A stretch of 64,000 nt of DNA from Escherichia coli (GTDB lineage: Bacteria; Pseudomonadota; Gammaproteobacteria; Enterobacterales; Enterobacteriaceae): NCBI RefSeq assembly GCF_050920415.1, contig NZ_CP169309.1; one strand, given 5' to 3'. This document shows, in pieces, positions 1 to 10,377 of the stretch. Each line of letters starts with the position of its first letter. The stretch's first letter is position 1. The notes under the pieces were generated by a model that saw only the letters and a program-made list of their open reading frames with translations, had not been told where the DNA came from and made no database searches. The position numbers and the translations under genes were made by a program.

Positions 1-100
1 CTTTCGCTGAAAGAATTTTTAATGAAGGCGGCGCTGGTGCAAAAAATCACGCAATTGTCGATTTAGGTAACGGTTTTATTGATATTGTTAGAATCAAATA
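1..100 (+). CDS. hypothetical protein, 3' end only (5'-partial at window edge)
   Basis: Open frame 3 runs from the window edge to TAA at 98-100 and is followed by a stem-loop plus T-run; convergent with the phage structural genes. Confidence 0.3.
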
Positions 101-108
101 AGACAAAC

Positions 109-130
109 GCCCGGATCTACCGGGCTTTTT
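109..130. terminator. bidirectional rho-independent terminator-like hairpin
   Basis: GCCCGG-ATCTA-CCGGGC stem-loop followed by TTTTT on the plus strand, lying between convergent ORFs. Confidence 0.5.
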
Positions 131-803
131 CTTGCTCACGATTTTTCATTCTTTCGAGTACCTTTTTAGCGGCCTCCATTTGCTCGTCATAAGCACGTTT
201 ATTTATGTGAACGTTTGGTTTGCTTCTTTCGTTTCTTTCGTCTGGCGGCGTTTTAGCACGCACAGCGGCCCTGTATCCGGTCATAGTCATATTCCATGCT
301 TCGGATTCTGATAACCCCAGGTGAGCTACGGCAGAATAAACGAATTCAAGAACGTCAAATGTCGGCTTATACTCCCCCTCCCGGATCTCCCCGACGTCTT
401 CTTCCGGGCCGTCTCCGATTAATCCATGGTACATGCAATGCTGCGCCAGCGTGATAACGTCATCAGTAGGCATCAAACCGGGCTTTAGTCGTAACTTGCC
501 TGAAGGGGTAAACCTACATTCGCCCAATAACGAGCCTATTTCGTCGTCTGAGCAACATTTAAGGATGTGCATAGATGTTTGCACCATCTCACCATAACAC
601 CGCGCCAGAATACGATTGCGTAGGTCTGGATCTGCTGGCAAGCGTGATGGATATTTGCCACCGTGGATTGTTGCGAAGTATTCGACCAGTTCGCTGTCAC
701 CACCGATCTTAGCCATTGCAGCGAAGCACGGATTGAATACATAACGCTTGCCGTCTACCACCGCAGCGAATTGCCCGGTACGAACATGAATCATAATTAT
801 CAC
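117..803 (-). CDS. hypothetical phage protein (possible tail assembly protein)
   Basis: 228-aa ORF downstream of the putative tail tube gene in a co-directional structural operon; no recognisable motif. Confidence 0.35.
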   Translation of the reverse strand: MIIMIHVRTGQFAAVVDGKRYVFNPCFAAMAKIGGDSELVEYFATIHGGKYPSRLPADPDLRNRILARCYGEMVQTSMHILKCCSDDEIGSLLGECRFTPSGKLRLKPGLMPTDDVITLAQHCMYHGLIGDGPEEDVGEIREGEYKPTFDVLEFVYSAVAHLGLSESEAWNMTMTGYRAAVRAKTPPDERNERSKPNVHINKRAYDEQMEAAKKVLERMKNREQEKAR

Positions 804-848
804 CCTAAAAGAAAGGGGCCAAATGGCCCCGATTATTGATCTTGTTTG

Positions 849-1325
849 TTATTCTACCGGGATATCGCCTACCGTTACCTGGCCCGCGCTTTCGCACTCA
901 ATAGACCAGGTGGAAACGTCGTCGTGTGGATCTTCTTCTTTGAAGGTCGTGCAAAGGAACGGACCTTCAGTTACGTCTACAGGAGAAACAATCTTCAGCC
1001 ATACATAAGGTTGCGCTCCGGTGGCTTCACCTGGCGTCATTACGTGGCGTTTCAGCGCTTTCTGATTATGGATTTCTTCAGTACGGGATACGCCGTCGCC
1101 GGAGAAAGAAACGGATTTGTAAGTAACCATTGATTCTTTCGTGTAATCGGCTGATTTATCGGCGGTGGCGTCTGCGGTTTCCCATTCAACGGAAAGTGTT
1201 TTACCACGCATCATGCCTAACGCTTTGTACGCTCCAGCTTCCGGCTTCGCATTTGGACAAGCGATAGCGAAGAATACAGCAACGTCACGGCCTGTAAACG
1301 TGCCTTTTTCGCAAGTCTGAGACAT
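849..1325 (-). CDS. putative phage major tail/tube protein
   Basis: 158-aa ORF; position after neck/tail-completion genes and composition typical of siphovirus tail tube proteins. Confidence 0.4.
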   Translation of the reverse strand: MSQTCEKGTFTGRDVAVFFAIACPNAKPEAGAYKALGMMRGKTLSVEWETADATADKSADYTKESMVTYKSVSFSGDGVSRTEEIHNQKALKRHVMTPGEATGAQPYVWLKIVSPVDVTEGPFLCTTFKEEDPHDDVSTWSIECESAGQVTVGDIPVE

Positions 1326-1337
1326 GTTAATTACCTC

Positions 1338-1724
1338 TTATCTTGATATGATGGTTTGAAAAGCTACGGTAAAAATAAAGCGCCCTTCTCTTGTCTGTAT
1401 TGCAGGAATAGCGCCAACTGGCTTCATGTGTGTAATTTTATCAGTTTTATATTCTGTTAACATACTTTGGCGGATGGCGTCAGCAAGGTCTTCCACTTCA
1501 CTGATATTTGCATCATTACGCGCCGAAATAACCAGGATGCGGAAATAATCACGGGTTATTGATTCTTCACCAGCCGCGCCGCCGTTCTGCTGGATCACGA
1601 TGTATCTGTCATTATTCGAATTACTTCGCTCATTCCAGAAACGGGCCTGCAAAATATAGCCCTCATCGTATCCGTGAGACTGTATCCAGTCTCTTATATT
1701 GTCGTAGACTTCGCTGCGTTTCAT
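1338..1724 (-). CDS. phage tail/neck component
   Basis: 128-aa ORF, start/stop overlap with neighbours in the structural operon. Confidence 0.35.
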   Translation of the reverse strand: MKRSEVYDNIRDWIQSHGYDEGYILQARFWNERSNSNNDRYIVIQQNGGAAGEESITRDYFRILVISARNDANISEVEDLADAIRQSMLTEYKTDKITHMKPVGAIPAIQTREGRFIFTVAFQTIISR

Positions 1725-2185
1725 ACTTTGTAACCTTCTACAATCTCTTTATAAATATCGTCGGCGTTGTTTGGATCTTCGAATGCCTTACGCAAAAATT
1801 CCGGCTCCGCGTTTGGGTCCCAATATTTACCTTTGCCAGTACCGCCGCCGAACTCAATTACCTGTTTCGGGCCGAAATCTGAAAGGTTATTGGTTTTCCC
1901 GAAATGTTCGCGCGGCTGGCCTTTTAATGTGCCCGGCATATTGTGCACCCATTCAGCATAGCGGGCCGTGTATCCAAGACGTAATTGCAAACCGTCCGCC
2001 GTGTTACCTATATACTGAAATTGACTGTTAATTAAAAACCCCGTATCGACCGGGGTCATGTTCGCCGCGAAGCCACCAGCCAGCATCCCTACTCGCCATA
2101 ACACCTCATGAGTTTTCTTATCTGTGATTTCCTTTAGCTCCTGCTTTAATCGCTCCCTGACACGTTTAACACCCTTGATAGGCAT
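1721..2185 (-). CDS. phage head-tail joining / tail completion protein
   Basis: 154-aa ORF in the structural operon, 4-nt overlap with the downstream gene. Confidence 0.35.
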   Translation of the reverse strand: MPIKGVKRVRERLKQELKEITDKKTHEVLWRVGMLAGGFAANMTPVDTGFLINSQFQYIGNTADGLQLRLGYTARYAEWVHNMPGTLKGQPREHFGKTNNLSDFGPKQVIEFGGGTGKGKYWDPNAEPEFLRKAFEDPNNADDIYKEIVEGYKV

Positions 2186-2187
2186 GA

Positions 2188-2556
2188 TTAACCCCCTGTC
2201 ACGATCTTATAATCCGGCGTGTCGTTAAACATGCTCATGTCCCATTCAACGATCCCGGTAATAACGTTGGCCCCAGCCGCCAGCGGGTCGGAAATATTAG
2301 TAGTGTCGCCAGTGGCAATCATCCAGCCGTTTTTCGGGCGCTGCACTGGCTGCATATTATGAAGCAGTTCGGTAAATACGGTTATTGTATTGCTAACCTC
2401 ATTGCCGTTTGTGTCTGTTGCAGTGCCGTCGGTGCGCTCCCATGCGCAGTTAATCAGGTATGGTGCGCCGTATACGTCGGCGTTTGTCCAGTCGTCATGC
2501 GTTACGGGGTAGATGGTGGCTAATGCCTTGTAACTGAATCGCGCAATCTTACTCAT
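2188..2556 (-). CDS. phage structural protein (head-tail adaptor-like)
   Basis: 122-aa ORF, position between capsid and tail genes. Confidence 0.3.
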   Translation of the reverse strand: MSKIARFSYKALATIYPVTHDDWTNADVYGAPYLINCAWERTDGTATDTNGNEVSNTITVFTELLHNMQPVQRPKNGWMIATGDTTNISDPLAAGANVITGIVEWDMSMFNDTPDYKIVTGG

Positions 2557-2734
2557 AGCCGTAACTCCAGCTAATGACCTTTGGATGATTTTTCGCCACG
2601 CGCGGGCAAAGAATCACCCATTCACCAGCATCATTGAGATATGCCGCCACCTGTCGCCCGGTGTCAGTCTTCACCCATACGCGGGTAAACGGCTTCGGCA
2701 TTAGTGGCTTCGGTAGTGTTAGGTCGTTCCACAT
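2549..2734 (-). CDS. small hypothetical phage protein
   Basis: 61-aa ORF with coupled start/stop in the structural operon. Confidence 0.3.
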   Translation of the reverse strand: MWNDLTLPKPLMPKPFTRVWVKTDTGRQVAAYLNDAGEWVILCPRVAKNHPKVISWSYGYE

Positions 2735-2736
2735 TG

Positions 2737-3123
2737 TTACATCCTCCTACTCTTACCGATCCATAGTCCGGCGTGCGCGGTGGCTTCGGGATCTGCCGGG
2801 ATTAGTTCGGCTGTGCAATTATGTTTGTCAATTGAACGAAGCAACGAGCAAGCTGCCTTCCATCTTTTATTAAAATCGACATAGCGGTAGGACTGGCTCG
2901 CGCCGTTCGGCCCTGTCTGTGAGGAAATGTATTTATCAGCCTGAGTTAGTCCTAACAGGCCAATGAGATAAAGCTGAATTAATGTTGCAGTGGAGGCCGG
3001 ATAATTGGCATCAAGGCATTCGTTTACGCTATTAGCCTGCTCCACCAGCAAAGATAAGATAATGTCTGGCAGGTCAATACCCTGGCTTTCAAGATATTCC
3101 CGTGCCTGTTCTGTAGTGACCAT
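2737..3123 (-). CDS. phage head-tail connector-like protein
   Basis: ORF starting MVTTEQAREYL with a GGAG SD, immediately downstream of the capsid-gene terminator. Confidence 0.35.
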   Translation of the reverse strand: MVTTEQAREYLESQGIDLPDIILSLLVEQANSVNECLDANYPASTATLIQLYLIGLLGLTQADKYISSQTGPNGASQSYRYVDFNKRWKAACSLLRSIDKHNCTAELIPADPEATAHAGLWIGKSRRM

Positions 3124-3141
3124 TTTGTTTGCTCCACATAC

Positions 3142-3169
3142 AAAAAAAATCCCCGGCATTGCGCCGGGG
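3142..3169 (-). terminator. rho-independent terminator after the major capsid gene
   Basis: Minus strand CCCCGGCGCAATGCCGGGG hairpin followed by T8. Confidence 0.6.
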
Positions 3170-3189
3170 AGTTACAGGAAACGTTCTAA

Positions 3190-4245
3190 TTAAGATTTTT
3201 TACCGTAAACGACACCGGAACGGCCTAACATGTCGCTGGTGATCTGTAAGCCTTCTGCTGACATGATGCGGAAGTTGTAGTTATCGGTAGGCATGAGGCG
3301 CGGTAGCGGAACTACACCAGTAGTCATACCGATCAGCGGGGTAATCACTGATTTCTGGCGCTGGTAAGCGATGAACTCGTTACCTTTCAGTGCGAAGGTC
3401 TGACGAATTTCACCAACCGGGATGTACGGTTTAATTACATCCAGGACGCGACCAACAACCGCACCATTAACGACGTGAGGCGCGGCAAGGTTAGCCATGA
3501 TTTCAGGGGATACCCACATAACATCGTATTTAGCTACGAAGTTGTTGCGGGCCAGAGTACCGAAAGCGCCAGTAGTAAAGAATGCGATAATTTCCTGGAA
3601 GGTCATCGTAGTGAGATCTTCATTGGTCATCTTTAACTGCTGGGTATTGCGGTGATTTTTGATACCCTGTGCTTTTTTGCCTTCAACGACGATACGGTCG
3701 CTCCCTTCAAGGTAGAAGCGAACACGTTCTTTGTTGAATTTTTTCAGTTTCAGGCGCTGGCTATCCAGAGCAAGGTCGACACCAACGGTGTTTAAACCTG
3801 CTGCGTGACGCCAGTTAACCCCGTAACCTGCCGTGAACATCGGAATCGGATCGCCATCGCTACCGTATTCAGTATGATCGAAGCCATGAGGGGCTTGACC
3901 ATCCATAGAAATGACGACTTCATCATTGATGTCACCTGCTACGCTGTACATTTTCAGTGTTTTACCGATTGGCAGTACAGTCTGCACCCCCATCAGGTCG
4001 TTTACGATCTCGATACCAATTTCTTCGGTGTTTAGTTCGATGATCTGGTTGTCAATTTCCTGCCAGAACTCACGGGCAAAACCGCCAACGGCGTTACATG
4101 CCAGCATTTCAGGGGTCATATTGGCACGGTTAGCAGCAATCATAGAATCATGCTGCTGATTAAAGATGTTACGTTGCGCCCACATTTCTTGCCAGTGACT
4201 TTGCATACGGGCGTTAGTAGCAAGGTTTTCCCTAGTAAAATACAT
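3190..4245 (-). CDS. major capsid protein
   Basis: 351-aa ORF downstream of scaffold/decoration-like genes and followed by a strong attenuating terminator. Confidence 0.5.
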   Translation of the reverse strand: MYFTRENLATNARMQSHWQEMWAQRNIFNQQHDSMIAANRANMTPEMLACNAVGGFAREFWQEIDNQIIELNTEEIGIEIVNDLMGVQTVLPIGKTLKMYSVAGDINDEVVISMDGQAPHGFDHTEYGSDGDPIPMFTAGYGVNWRHAAGLNTVGVDLALDSQRLKLKKFNKERVRFYLEGSDRIVVEGKKAQGIKNHRNTQQLKMTNEDLTTMTFQEIIAFFTTGAFGTLARNNFVAKYDVMWVSPEIMANLAAPHVVNGAVVGRVLDVIKPYIPVGEIRQTFALKGNEFIAYQRQKSVITPLIGMTTGVVPLPRLMPTDNYNFRIMSAEGLQITSDMLGRSGVVYGKKS

Positions 4246-4260
4246 TATGTATACCTCTCG

Positions 4261-4683
4261 TTATGCAATACGGACGCGAATAAAGTCAACTTCTCCCAGG
4301 GTTACGTTTTCCTGGCAGTAGGCGACAGCAATTTCAGGTGTTTCTGCTTCTGCATTAACCAGACGGAAGCCAGTTGCATCAATGGTGATAGCTGCGTCTT
4401 TGACGTAATCGCCAGCCGGGAGACGGATTGCGAACTCACGCCCCTCTTCCATGTAGTCAGCGACCATCATTTCATCTTTTGCGATCTTGTCACCAATGCC
4501 TTTACCCTGGTGATAAGCAGGCATAGCAACATATAAACGACCTTCTCCTTTGGTTGCCGGAGTGAATTTGCCGTTAGCGATAACAACAGGTGCGCCAGGT
4601 TGAACGTCAGCGGCTGCTAGATAGCTTTCGGTAATGGATTTACCGTCAATATTTACACGACGAAAACGAAACATTGTTATCAC
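4261..4683 (-). CDS. phage head structural protein (decoration-like)
   Basis: 140-aa ORF between the scaffold-like and capsid genes. Confidence 0.35.
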   Translation of the reverse strand: MITMFRFRRVNIDGKSITESYLAAADVQPGAPVVIANGKFTPATKGEGRLYVAMPAYHQGKGIGDKIAKDEMMVADYMEEGREFAIRLPAGDYVKDAAITIDATGFRLVNAEAETPEIAVAYCQENVTLGEVDFIRVRIA

Positions 4684-4686
4684 CCC

Positions 4687-5961
4687 TTATGCTTTGAAAT
4701 AGGTGTTAAAGTCCGGGACTTCGCCTTTTTTACCTTCGTTTGCTGCGTTGGTTGCCATCGGCGCGGCTTTGCCCAGGGATTTAAACATTGCATCGAGCGC
4801 ATCACCGCTTAATGCGTTAGCAACAATTTCGCCGTGTACTTTCGCAACTGCGGCGCGTTTTTCTGCTTCTTCTTTATTTGCGTTGGCTGCAATTTTTTCT
4901 TTAATTGCTTTCTGGTTGGTCTGTAATTCTTCCACGCTTGCCTGTACTGGTTTCAATGCCTCTGCTACTGCATTAGCGATATTGGCTGATAAGCCTTCGT
5001 TAATTTCTTTTACCAGTTCGGCGCGTTCTTCTTTGGTCAAAGGCATGGGATCGTCCTCCGATTTATTGGCCTTAATTTTTTCATTCAGGGAGAAAAGATT
5101 AGAAAGGTGTTCAGCGAACTGCGTAAACCAGGATTTACTTTCCTCGTTGGTTGCAAGCTCGCCATTATTGAGAATAATTTTATCAGCCTGTTTTTCATAT
5201 GCGCAAACTTGAGCACTTTCTGTATTAGTGGCGATCGTCACCTCTTTATCAGTAAAGTCCACTACATACACATAATCAGCATCAGGGAATAATTCCCGCG
5301 CCGCGTCGGTTAATTGTTTCTCAAGTGTGCGGTAGCTGTTTTCTTTCATTGCCACTGCCATTAACGGTCTCGCCTGGTCAGTATTAACCATCAGGCCAAC
5401 CCCTTGCTCAGGTGATGCGGCGGGCGGCTCATGCAGCAAAATAGCGTCATGGTCGATCGACATGATTTTCACTACATGATCAGCACCCTGGGCTTTCATT
5501 TCTTCGGTGGCTGGCATACGCTGGCGATATACAGCGACGGAGGACCAGATCGGATCCTTGCTTTCACCTTTTTCCAGTGCTTCCAGTCGGGTTAATAATT
5601 CGCGCCCCTGTTCTGAATGGCTGGCTGTTTCAATATCCACCCATTTTTCCACATAAACACGATTGCCGCGTAATTCAACGTTTCTGTTCCACGCTCCACA
5701 AAAACCCGTATTCAATCCTTCAGGGCTAAATGCGGAAACAAATTTACCGTCCACGGTAGGATGGCCCAGCGGGGCAAGCGTACCCTCCAGTGACTGGTAA
5801 TTAGCGATAATTTCAGCTTCCGGGTAATATTCCCGATTCATTACGATGTTAAAGGGTAACGTGTAGGACGGGACAACAATATGTTCACGCCCGTTATACG
5901 TTTCACGGCGGATTGTATTAGCGGTTAATTTTGTATTAACCTGAATCAATTCTTTACTCAC
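4687..5961 (-). CDS. phage scaffolding/prohead protein
   Basis: 424-aa ORF with a long charged coiled-coil-like C-terminal half (EEAEKRAAVAKV...), position before the capsid gene. Confidence 0.4.
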   Translation of the reverse strand: MSKELIQVNTKLTANTIRRETYNGREHIVVPSYTLPFNIVMNREYYPEAEIIANYQSLEGTLAPLGHPTVDGKFVSAFSPEGLNTGFCGAWNRNVELRGNRVYVEKWVDIETASHSEQGRELLTRLEALEKGESKDPIWSSVAVYRQRMPATEEMKAQGADHVVKIMSIDHDAILLHEPPAASPEQGVGLMVNTDQARPLMAVAMKENSYRTLEKQLTDAARELFPDADYVYVVDFTDKEVTIATNTESAQVCAYEKQADKIILNNGELATNEESKSWFTQFAEHLSNLFSLNEKIKANKSEDDPMPLTKEERAELVKEINEGLSANIANAVAEALKPVQASVEELQTNQKAIKEKIAANANKEEAEKRAAVAKVHGEIVANALSGDALDAMFKSLGKAAPMATNAANEGKKGEVPDFNTYFKA

Positions 5962-5967
5962 GGTTTT

Positions 5968-6912
5968 TTACTCCCAATCTTCGCCATATTTAGCGTGCGC
6001 AACTTTATAGTTTTCTTGCGCCCGATTTAATATTCGTTCGTTTAATATGTTACCGTCTTCGTCAACTAATACGGTAATCGTGCTACATTTGCAGTTAATA
6101 GAATTTGGGGATCTGCTCCACCATTCGCGCTGCTCATCTATGGTGTATGTTTTCCCGTGCCGTTGCGCGTGCGATAGCCTGGTTGTCGGTGACAATGCCG
6201 AAATGTGCATTTGCATAGTGCGCAGATTAAATTCTTCTGTCGCCGCTTCTGCCTCATCCATACGCGCTGTGCGTAACGCTGTGCATATTTCAGTTCGGGC
6301 AATACGTTTGCATCTGTATAGCGGTAACTGCGTATCCTGATTCAATGTGCGCGCTATTTCCAGTGGATTTAAACCACGGGCCATGCCTTCAGTTAATCGG
6401 CGGGCCATATCCTTTTTTATCTGTGCGGTCAGACCGCGCATCTCTTCAAATACACGGGTACGCACCAGGGCAAGGCGTGTGCGGTAAGTTGTGCTGGATA
6501 GCACGGCGGATACATCAGGATAAGCGCTTGAATATGTGACAGACTGGTTAGCAAGGTTGGCGTATTCCTGCGCGGTCCCTCGCTGATATGCAACCTTCAC
6601 GTACTCCTGCCAAAACCAAAAACTTTCCGGGTCGGTTAGCTCGAATATCTCATCAATCATGTTGCTGGCATCCTCCAGCATGTCGTGCAATTCATCCATG
6701 TAAATCTGGAAGGTGTATTTCTTATTAACAGCCAGGCTATATTGTATTCTGTCCAGTATGGCGATATATGGATCGGCTATTTTCTTCAGGCAGGATTTAA
6801 AACGCTTAATAGCGCCCGACCGCAACTTACCTGTCATGGTCGGGTCTTCGGTGTTAGATGGCATTATCGCGGAGGGCGGTATTCTCCTGATTATTTTCTT
6901 CACCTTCATCAT
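5968..6912 (-). CDS. phage head morphogenesis protein (Mu F / SPP1 gp7-like)
   Basis: 314-aa ORF directly after the portal gene; true start possibly internal (table start overlaps the portal gene end). Confidence 0.4.
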   Translation of the reverse strand: MMKVKKIIRRIPPSAIMPSNTEDPTMTGKLRSGAIKRFKSCLKKIADPYIAILDRIQYSLAVNKKYTFQIYMDELHDMLEDASNMIDEIFELTDPESFWFWQEYVKVAYQRGTAQEYANLANQSVTYSSAYPDVSAVLSSTTYRTRLALVRTRVFEEMRGLTAQIKKDMARRLTEGMARGLNPLEIARTLNQDTQLPLYRCKRIARTEICTALRTARMDEAEAATEEFNLRTMQMHISALSPTTRLSHAQRHGKTYTIDEQREWWSRSPNSINCKCSTITVLVDEDGNILNERILNRAQENYKVAHAKYGEDWE

Positions 6913-8227
6913 CGTTTTCCTCGTCTTCCAGTTCTACTTCACTAGCTGGGCCATCGTATCCGGCAGCTTCGCGGATCTCATCGCCGCTAAATATTTCCTC
7001 ACCAGTAGCGAGACATGCCTGATTGATTTGCGCCATCTTGTGTGCCGCTTCCAGTAGTTCGGCTTTTGTCATAGCATTCAGGTCATCCCATAAAACTGAT
7101 ATATCGACTGGCATACTGATAAGGCGTAGATCTGCCATCTTGCGGAATAGTTCTTCAAGCTCGCCTCCGATTTCCTCACGACGGGTCATACAGCGATTAT
7201 TGAAGTAGCGGAGGTCTTCAGTTGATGCGCGTTCACCCTGCTGATTGCCAACCAGAATACGCGTTGGAATGTCGATACCAGCGGCGGCGGTTTGCAGGTT
7301 GACGTCATAGGTTGCAGATGGATCGGCTACGGCAGTGACCAGCGGGCTAACGGTAGCTCCCTGTAATGCCATCATCACATCATTACCTTTGTTTATATCC
7401 TCTGCCGCTTCATTGAATTTTTCGCGTAGCTCTGTAACGTCGCAACCGTATGTTGCAGCCAGAGAACGGAAATCAATCTCTTTGTCGAATGAGATAGCTA
7501 GTTGACGTGCGGCGTTTTTAAGGAATGACTCACCGCTACCACCTTCCACTTTCTCCAGCGAAACGAAAGCGTTATAGGATGGCTCAAGGAAAGCGATAGC
7601 ATCATCAGAATAGTCACCAAATATAAAGATCCGGTCTGGATGGATTTTCCTTGCTATGGTCTTATTGTTGATGCGTTCTTTGTATTCCCACCATGTCGGC
7701 AGGCCATAGTTTTCATTATCCGGGTTTTCTTCGAAGTCCTTCGGCGTCAGAGCGCCAGCCCACACAGGGGTGAATTTGGCAATGCCTGCACCTTTCGTCA
7801 CTGGCTTATCCCACGGCTGGCTATCTCTGACATGAATTAACAGGCCCGCATAACGACCGATGAGGCGGCGGCGATCACATTCAGCTATGACGCGCCAGAA
7901 TCGATTATCGAATCGTTTTTTGATTTCTCTTTCCCACGGCGTTTCCTTTTCTGCTTTCTCGTCTTCCGTGCCTTCAATCATCGCTGGCCTGGTGCGCCAA
8001 CACGTCGTGATAATCTTTTCAATAGCACCGTGAGCGATACCACCGCGACGATACAGCTTATAAAGATCATCATAGGTGATCTCTTCTTTGAATCCGTATT
8101 CACTCCAGGCGGCATCACGCTTTGCATCAATACCCATTGAGAAAGGATGCGCGGCGGCATAGCGTGCAAAGGCCACCTGACGTTGTGACAAGGCAGCATT
8201 AACCGCCAATTCTAAATTGGATGGCAT
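6854..8227 (-). CDS. phage portal protein
   Basis: ~457-aa ORF immediately downstream of terL; start chosen at MPSNLE with an AGGAG SD. Confidence 0.45.
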   Translation of the reverse strand: MPSNLELAVNAALSQRQVAFARYAAAHPFSMGIDAKRDAAWSEYGFKEEITYDDLYKLYRRGGIAHGAIEKIITTCWRTRPAMIEGTEDEKAEKETPWEREIKKRFDNRFWRVIAECDRRRLIGRYAGLLIHVRDSQPWDKPVTKGAGIAKFTPVWAGALTPKDFEENPDNENYGLPTWWEYKERINNKTIARKIHPDRIFIFGDYSDDAIAFLEPSYNAFVSLEKVEGGSGESFLKNAARQLAISFDKEIDFRSLAATYGCDVTELREKFNEAAEDINKGNDVMMALQGATVSPLVTAVADPSATYDVNLQTAAAGIDIPTRILVGNQQGERASTEDLRYFNNRCMTRREEIGGELEELFRKMADLRLISMPVDISVLWDDLNAMTKAELLEAAHKMAQINQACLATGEEIFSGDEIREAAGYDGPASEVELEDEENDDEGEENNQENTALRDNAI

Positions 8228-8306
8228 AATGTTTACTCCTGAATGCATGTTTACGCGTTGCTACGCGAAAAATAGAAAAATTCGTGATGGATTTGTGAGA
8301 TGGTTT

Positions 8307-9791
8307 TTAAAATCCGCGCAGGCGCTTAGGTAACATAAGGCCCATTGCCTGAGGCTGGCTTAATTCAGTGATACCCCATACCATTGCGTCGAGGCGGTCC
8401 GGGGATTTTTTAGCGGTAGCTGGCACGTATTCCATCATTTGATTTTCCAGCGTGTACAGGCTGCCTGTGTGGGCCACCCTTCCCTGTGCATACAGTGCCG
8501 ATATTGGCTCGGCGCGGGCGAATTTACCTTTGCTTGCGTGCACCTTAACAATGCGGCCTTTGAATCCGGCATTACGTAGCGTGGCTTCCGCCATCTCCCC
8601 GCCCTGGTTTGTTTCGATAACTATCGCGTCAGCTTCATGGATCTCATAAGCGTTCATTGCGGCTTGCGCCCAGTCGTTAGGAGACATGCGGCCTGAGTAG
8701 TCGCCGTCTACTGAATATTGCGCGTGCTTACCACCACCATAAGCGGAACAAGCCATAATCCCTGTTTCGTCAGACTCTTCCGATGATGTTGTTGCCGGGT
8801 CAATGGCTATCACCGTGCGGATCTTGTCCTGCGTTATCTGCATCCGGTGAGCGGCGGTTATCATCGCTTCAGTCCATAACGCGCCTTCTTCGTCGAATTT
8901 ACGCGGGCGCTGCATGTACTGGGCCTCAAATGACCGTCTGTGCGCCTTCAGTCCGGCTTCATGGCTGTCATTGTGCTTTTTAGGCCATAGCCAGCCGTCC
9001 GGCAGGTTGTGAGCAATAGGGATGGCGAATTCGTTTTCCGGGTACAGATCCCAATAGTCGATGCTATTGTCGATCTTCACTGGCAGGTTAAGGTGATACC
9101 ATTTCTCACCACTGCCACCGCGTAACAGGTAGCCGGACAAATCATCGTAGTGGATGCGCTGCATAATGACGATCACGGGCGTGGTTTGCACTGCCAGACG
9201 TGAAGCCAGCGTGTCGTTATAGTTGGTCTTTACCTTCTCCCGCATCACATCAGAGTAAGCGTCAGCGGGCTTTAATGGGTCGTCGATAATCATCGCGCCG
9301 TTAAAGCCTGGCTCCATGTAACCAGCACGAAAACCCGTAATCTGACCGTGTGACGATGCGGCATATATCCCGCCGCCCTGTTCCGTCCACCACATCGATT
9401 TACTGTTGGCATCGTTGCGGATCTTCATGGGCCATAGCTTTTGGTATTCCTGCGAACAAACCATGCTTCTGACTGTCGATGAATTGAGTAATGCCAGATT
9501 GTCGGAATAGGAAACATGAAGGAAGCGTGTGCGGGGATTTATTGCGAGGGACCGCGCCATCATATTGATGGTTGCGATCATGGTTTTACCGTACCCTGGG
9601 GGGATGTTAATGATGAGGCGGGTAATCTCACCATTAATAACACGCTGTAGCGCATCACGGATGGCTATGTGGTGTCCTGAGATTAACATCTTCGTTCCGT
9701 TTGCTTGCTTGTAGAAGTAACGGTTGAAGAACAGGCCATCGTTTTCACATTTTGACTGAATAACCCTTTCTTTGATGGACAACATAATCAC
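8307..9791 (-). CDS. terminase large subunit
   Basis: 494 aa; Walker A-like PPGYGKT motif near the N-terminus, nuclease-like C-terminal half; follows terS. Confidence 0.6.
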   Translation of the reverse strand: MIMLSIKERVIQSKCENDGLFFNRYFYKQANGTKMLISGHHIAIRDALQRVINGEITRLIINIPPGYGKTMIATINMMARSLAINPRTRFLHVSYSDNLALLNSSTVRSMVCSQEYQKLWPMKIRNDANSKSMWWTEQGGGIYAASSHGQITGFRAGYMEPGFNGAMIIDDPLKPADAYSDVMREKVKTNYNDTLASRLAVQTTPVIVIMQRIHYDDLSGYLLRGGSGEKWYHLNLPVKIDNSIDYWDLYPENEFAIPIAHNLPDGWLWPKKHNDSHEAGLKAHRRSFEAQYMQRPRKFDEEGALWTEAMITAAHRMQITQDKIRTVIAIDPATTSSEESDETGIMACSAYGGGKHAQYSVDGDYSGRMSPNDWAQAAMNAYEIHEADAIVIETNQGGEMAEATLRNAGFKGRIVKVHASKGKFARAEPISALYAQGRVAHTGSLYTLENQMMEYVPATAKKSPDRLDAMVWGITELSQPQAMGLMLPKRLRGF

Positions 9792-10273
9792 ACCTCGTCT
9801 TCTACTTCCTGGACGATGCGGGCGATCTCTTCTTTCGTGACTTCAACCTGGACGGGCGCTTCTTCCTTGTTGCCAATAATCTCTTGTGTGACGCGTTCGC
9901 CATATTTACGCGGTTGCAGTTTTGCCAGTAACCATTTGCGCGTTTCAATCATTAGTTGGTGGCGGCGTAGTTGGTCTTTATCAACGTTTTTAGCATCATC
10001 AGCAATGTCGATGATTTCATCAGCTAATACCTCGAAACCGATCTCCTTCGCGCGCATATACATGTCCGAAAATTCAGGCACATCCCTAAACCACTTAAGA
10101 ATTGTTGAACGTGATGGCATACCAGGCATCTTCGAAATTTTGTTAACGCTCTGACCGTCCGCCACCAGCTCACAAATCTCTAACGCCTTTTCTTCGGTAT
10201 AACCATGCGGACGGCCCACCTTTTTAGCGGCTGGCTTTTTGTCGTCAGCATTTGCCTTTTTAGTGCGGGCCAT
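9788..10273 (-). CDS. terminase small subunit
   Basis: 161 aa, N-terminal HTH-like segment, acidic C-terminus, 4-nt overlap with terL. Confidence 0.5.
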   Translation of the reverse strand: MARTKKANADDKKPAAKKVGRPHGYTEEKALEICELVADGQSVNKISKMPGMPSRSTILKWFRDVPEFSDMYMRAKEIGFEVLADEIIDIADDAKNVDKDQLRRHQLMIETRKWLLAKLQPRKYGERVTQEIIGNKEEAPVQVEVTKEEIARIVQEVEDEV

Positions 10274-10283
10274 ATTTCACCTC

Positions 10284-10367
10284 TCAATATTTATTGATGA
10301 TATATACGCAAGCTACAAAACTTGCACAGTATGTTAATACTTCCAACCAGTCGAATAGCTCTTTCAT
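10284..10367 (-). CDS. small hydrophobic peptide 1 (27 aa, MKELFDWLEVLTYCASFVACVYIINKY)
   Basis: ATG 10367 to TGA 10284; single predicted TM helix; first member of a nine-gene tandem array. Confidence 0.4.
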   Translation of the reverse strand: MKELFDWLEVLTYCASFVACVYIINKY

Positions 10368-10377
10368 TGTTTACCCT

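Noticed and set aside
4703-5212. 169-aa plus-strand ORF, Ala/Ser/Leu-rich
   Set aside because: Lies entirely antisense within the scaffold-like gene, low-complexity composition, no ribosome-binding site; typical shadow ORF.
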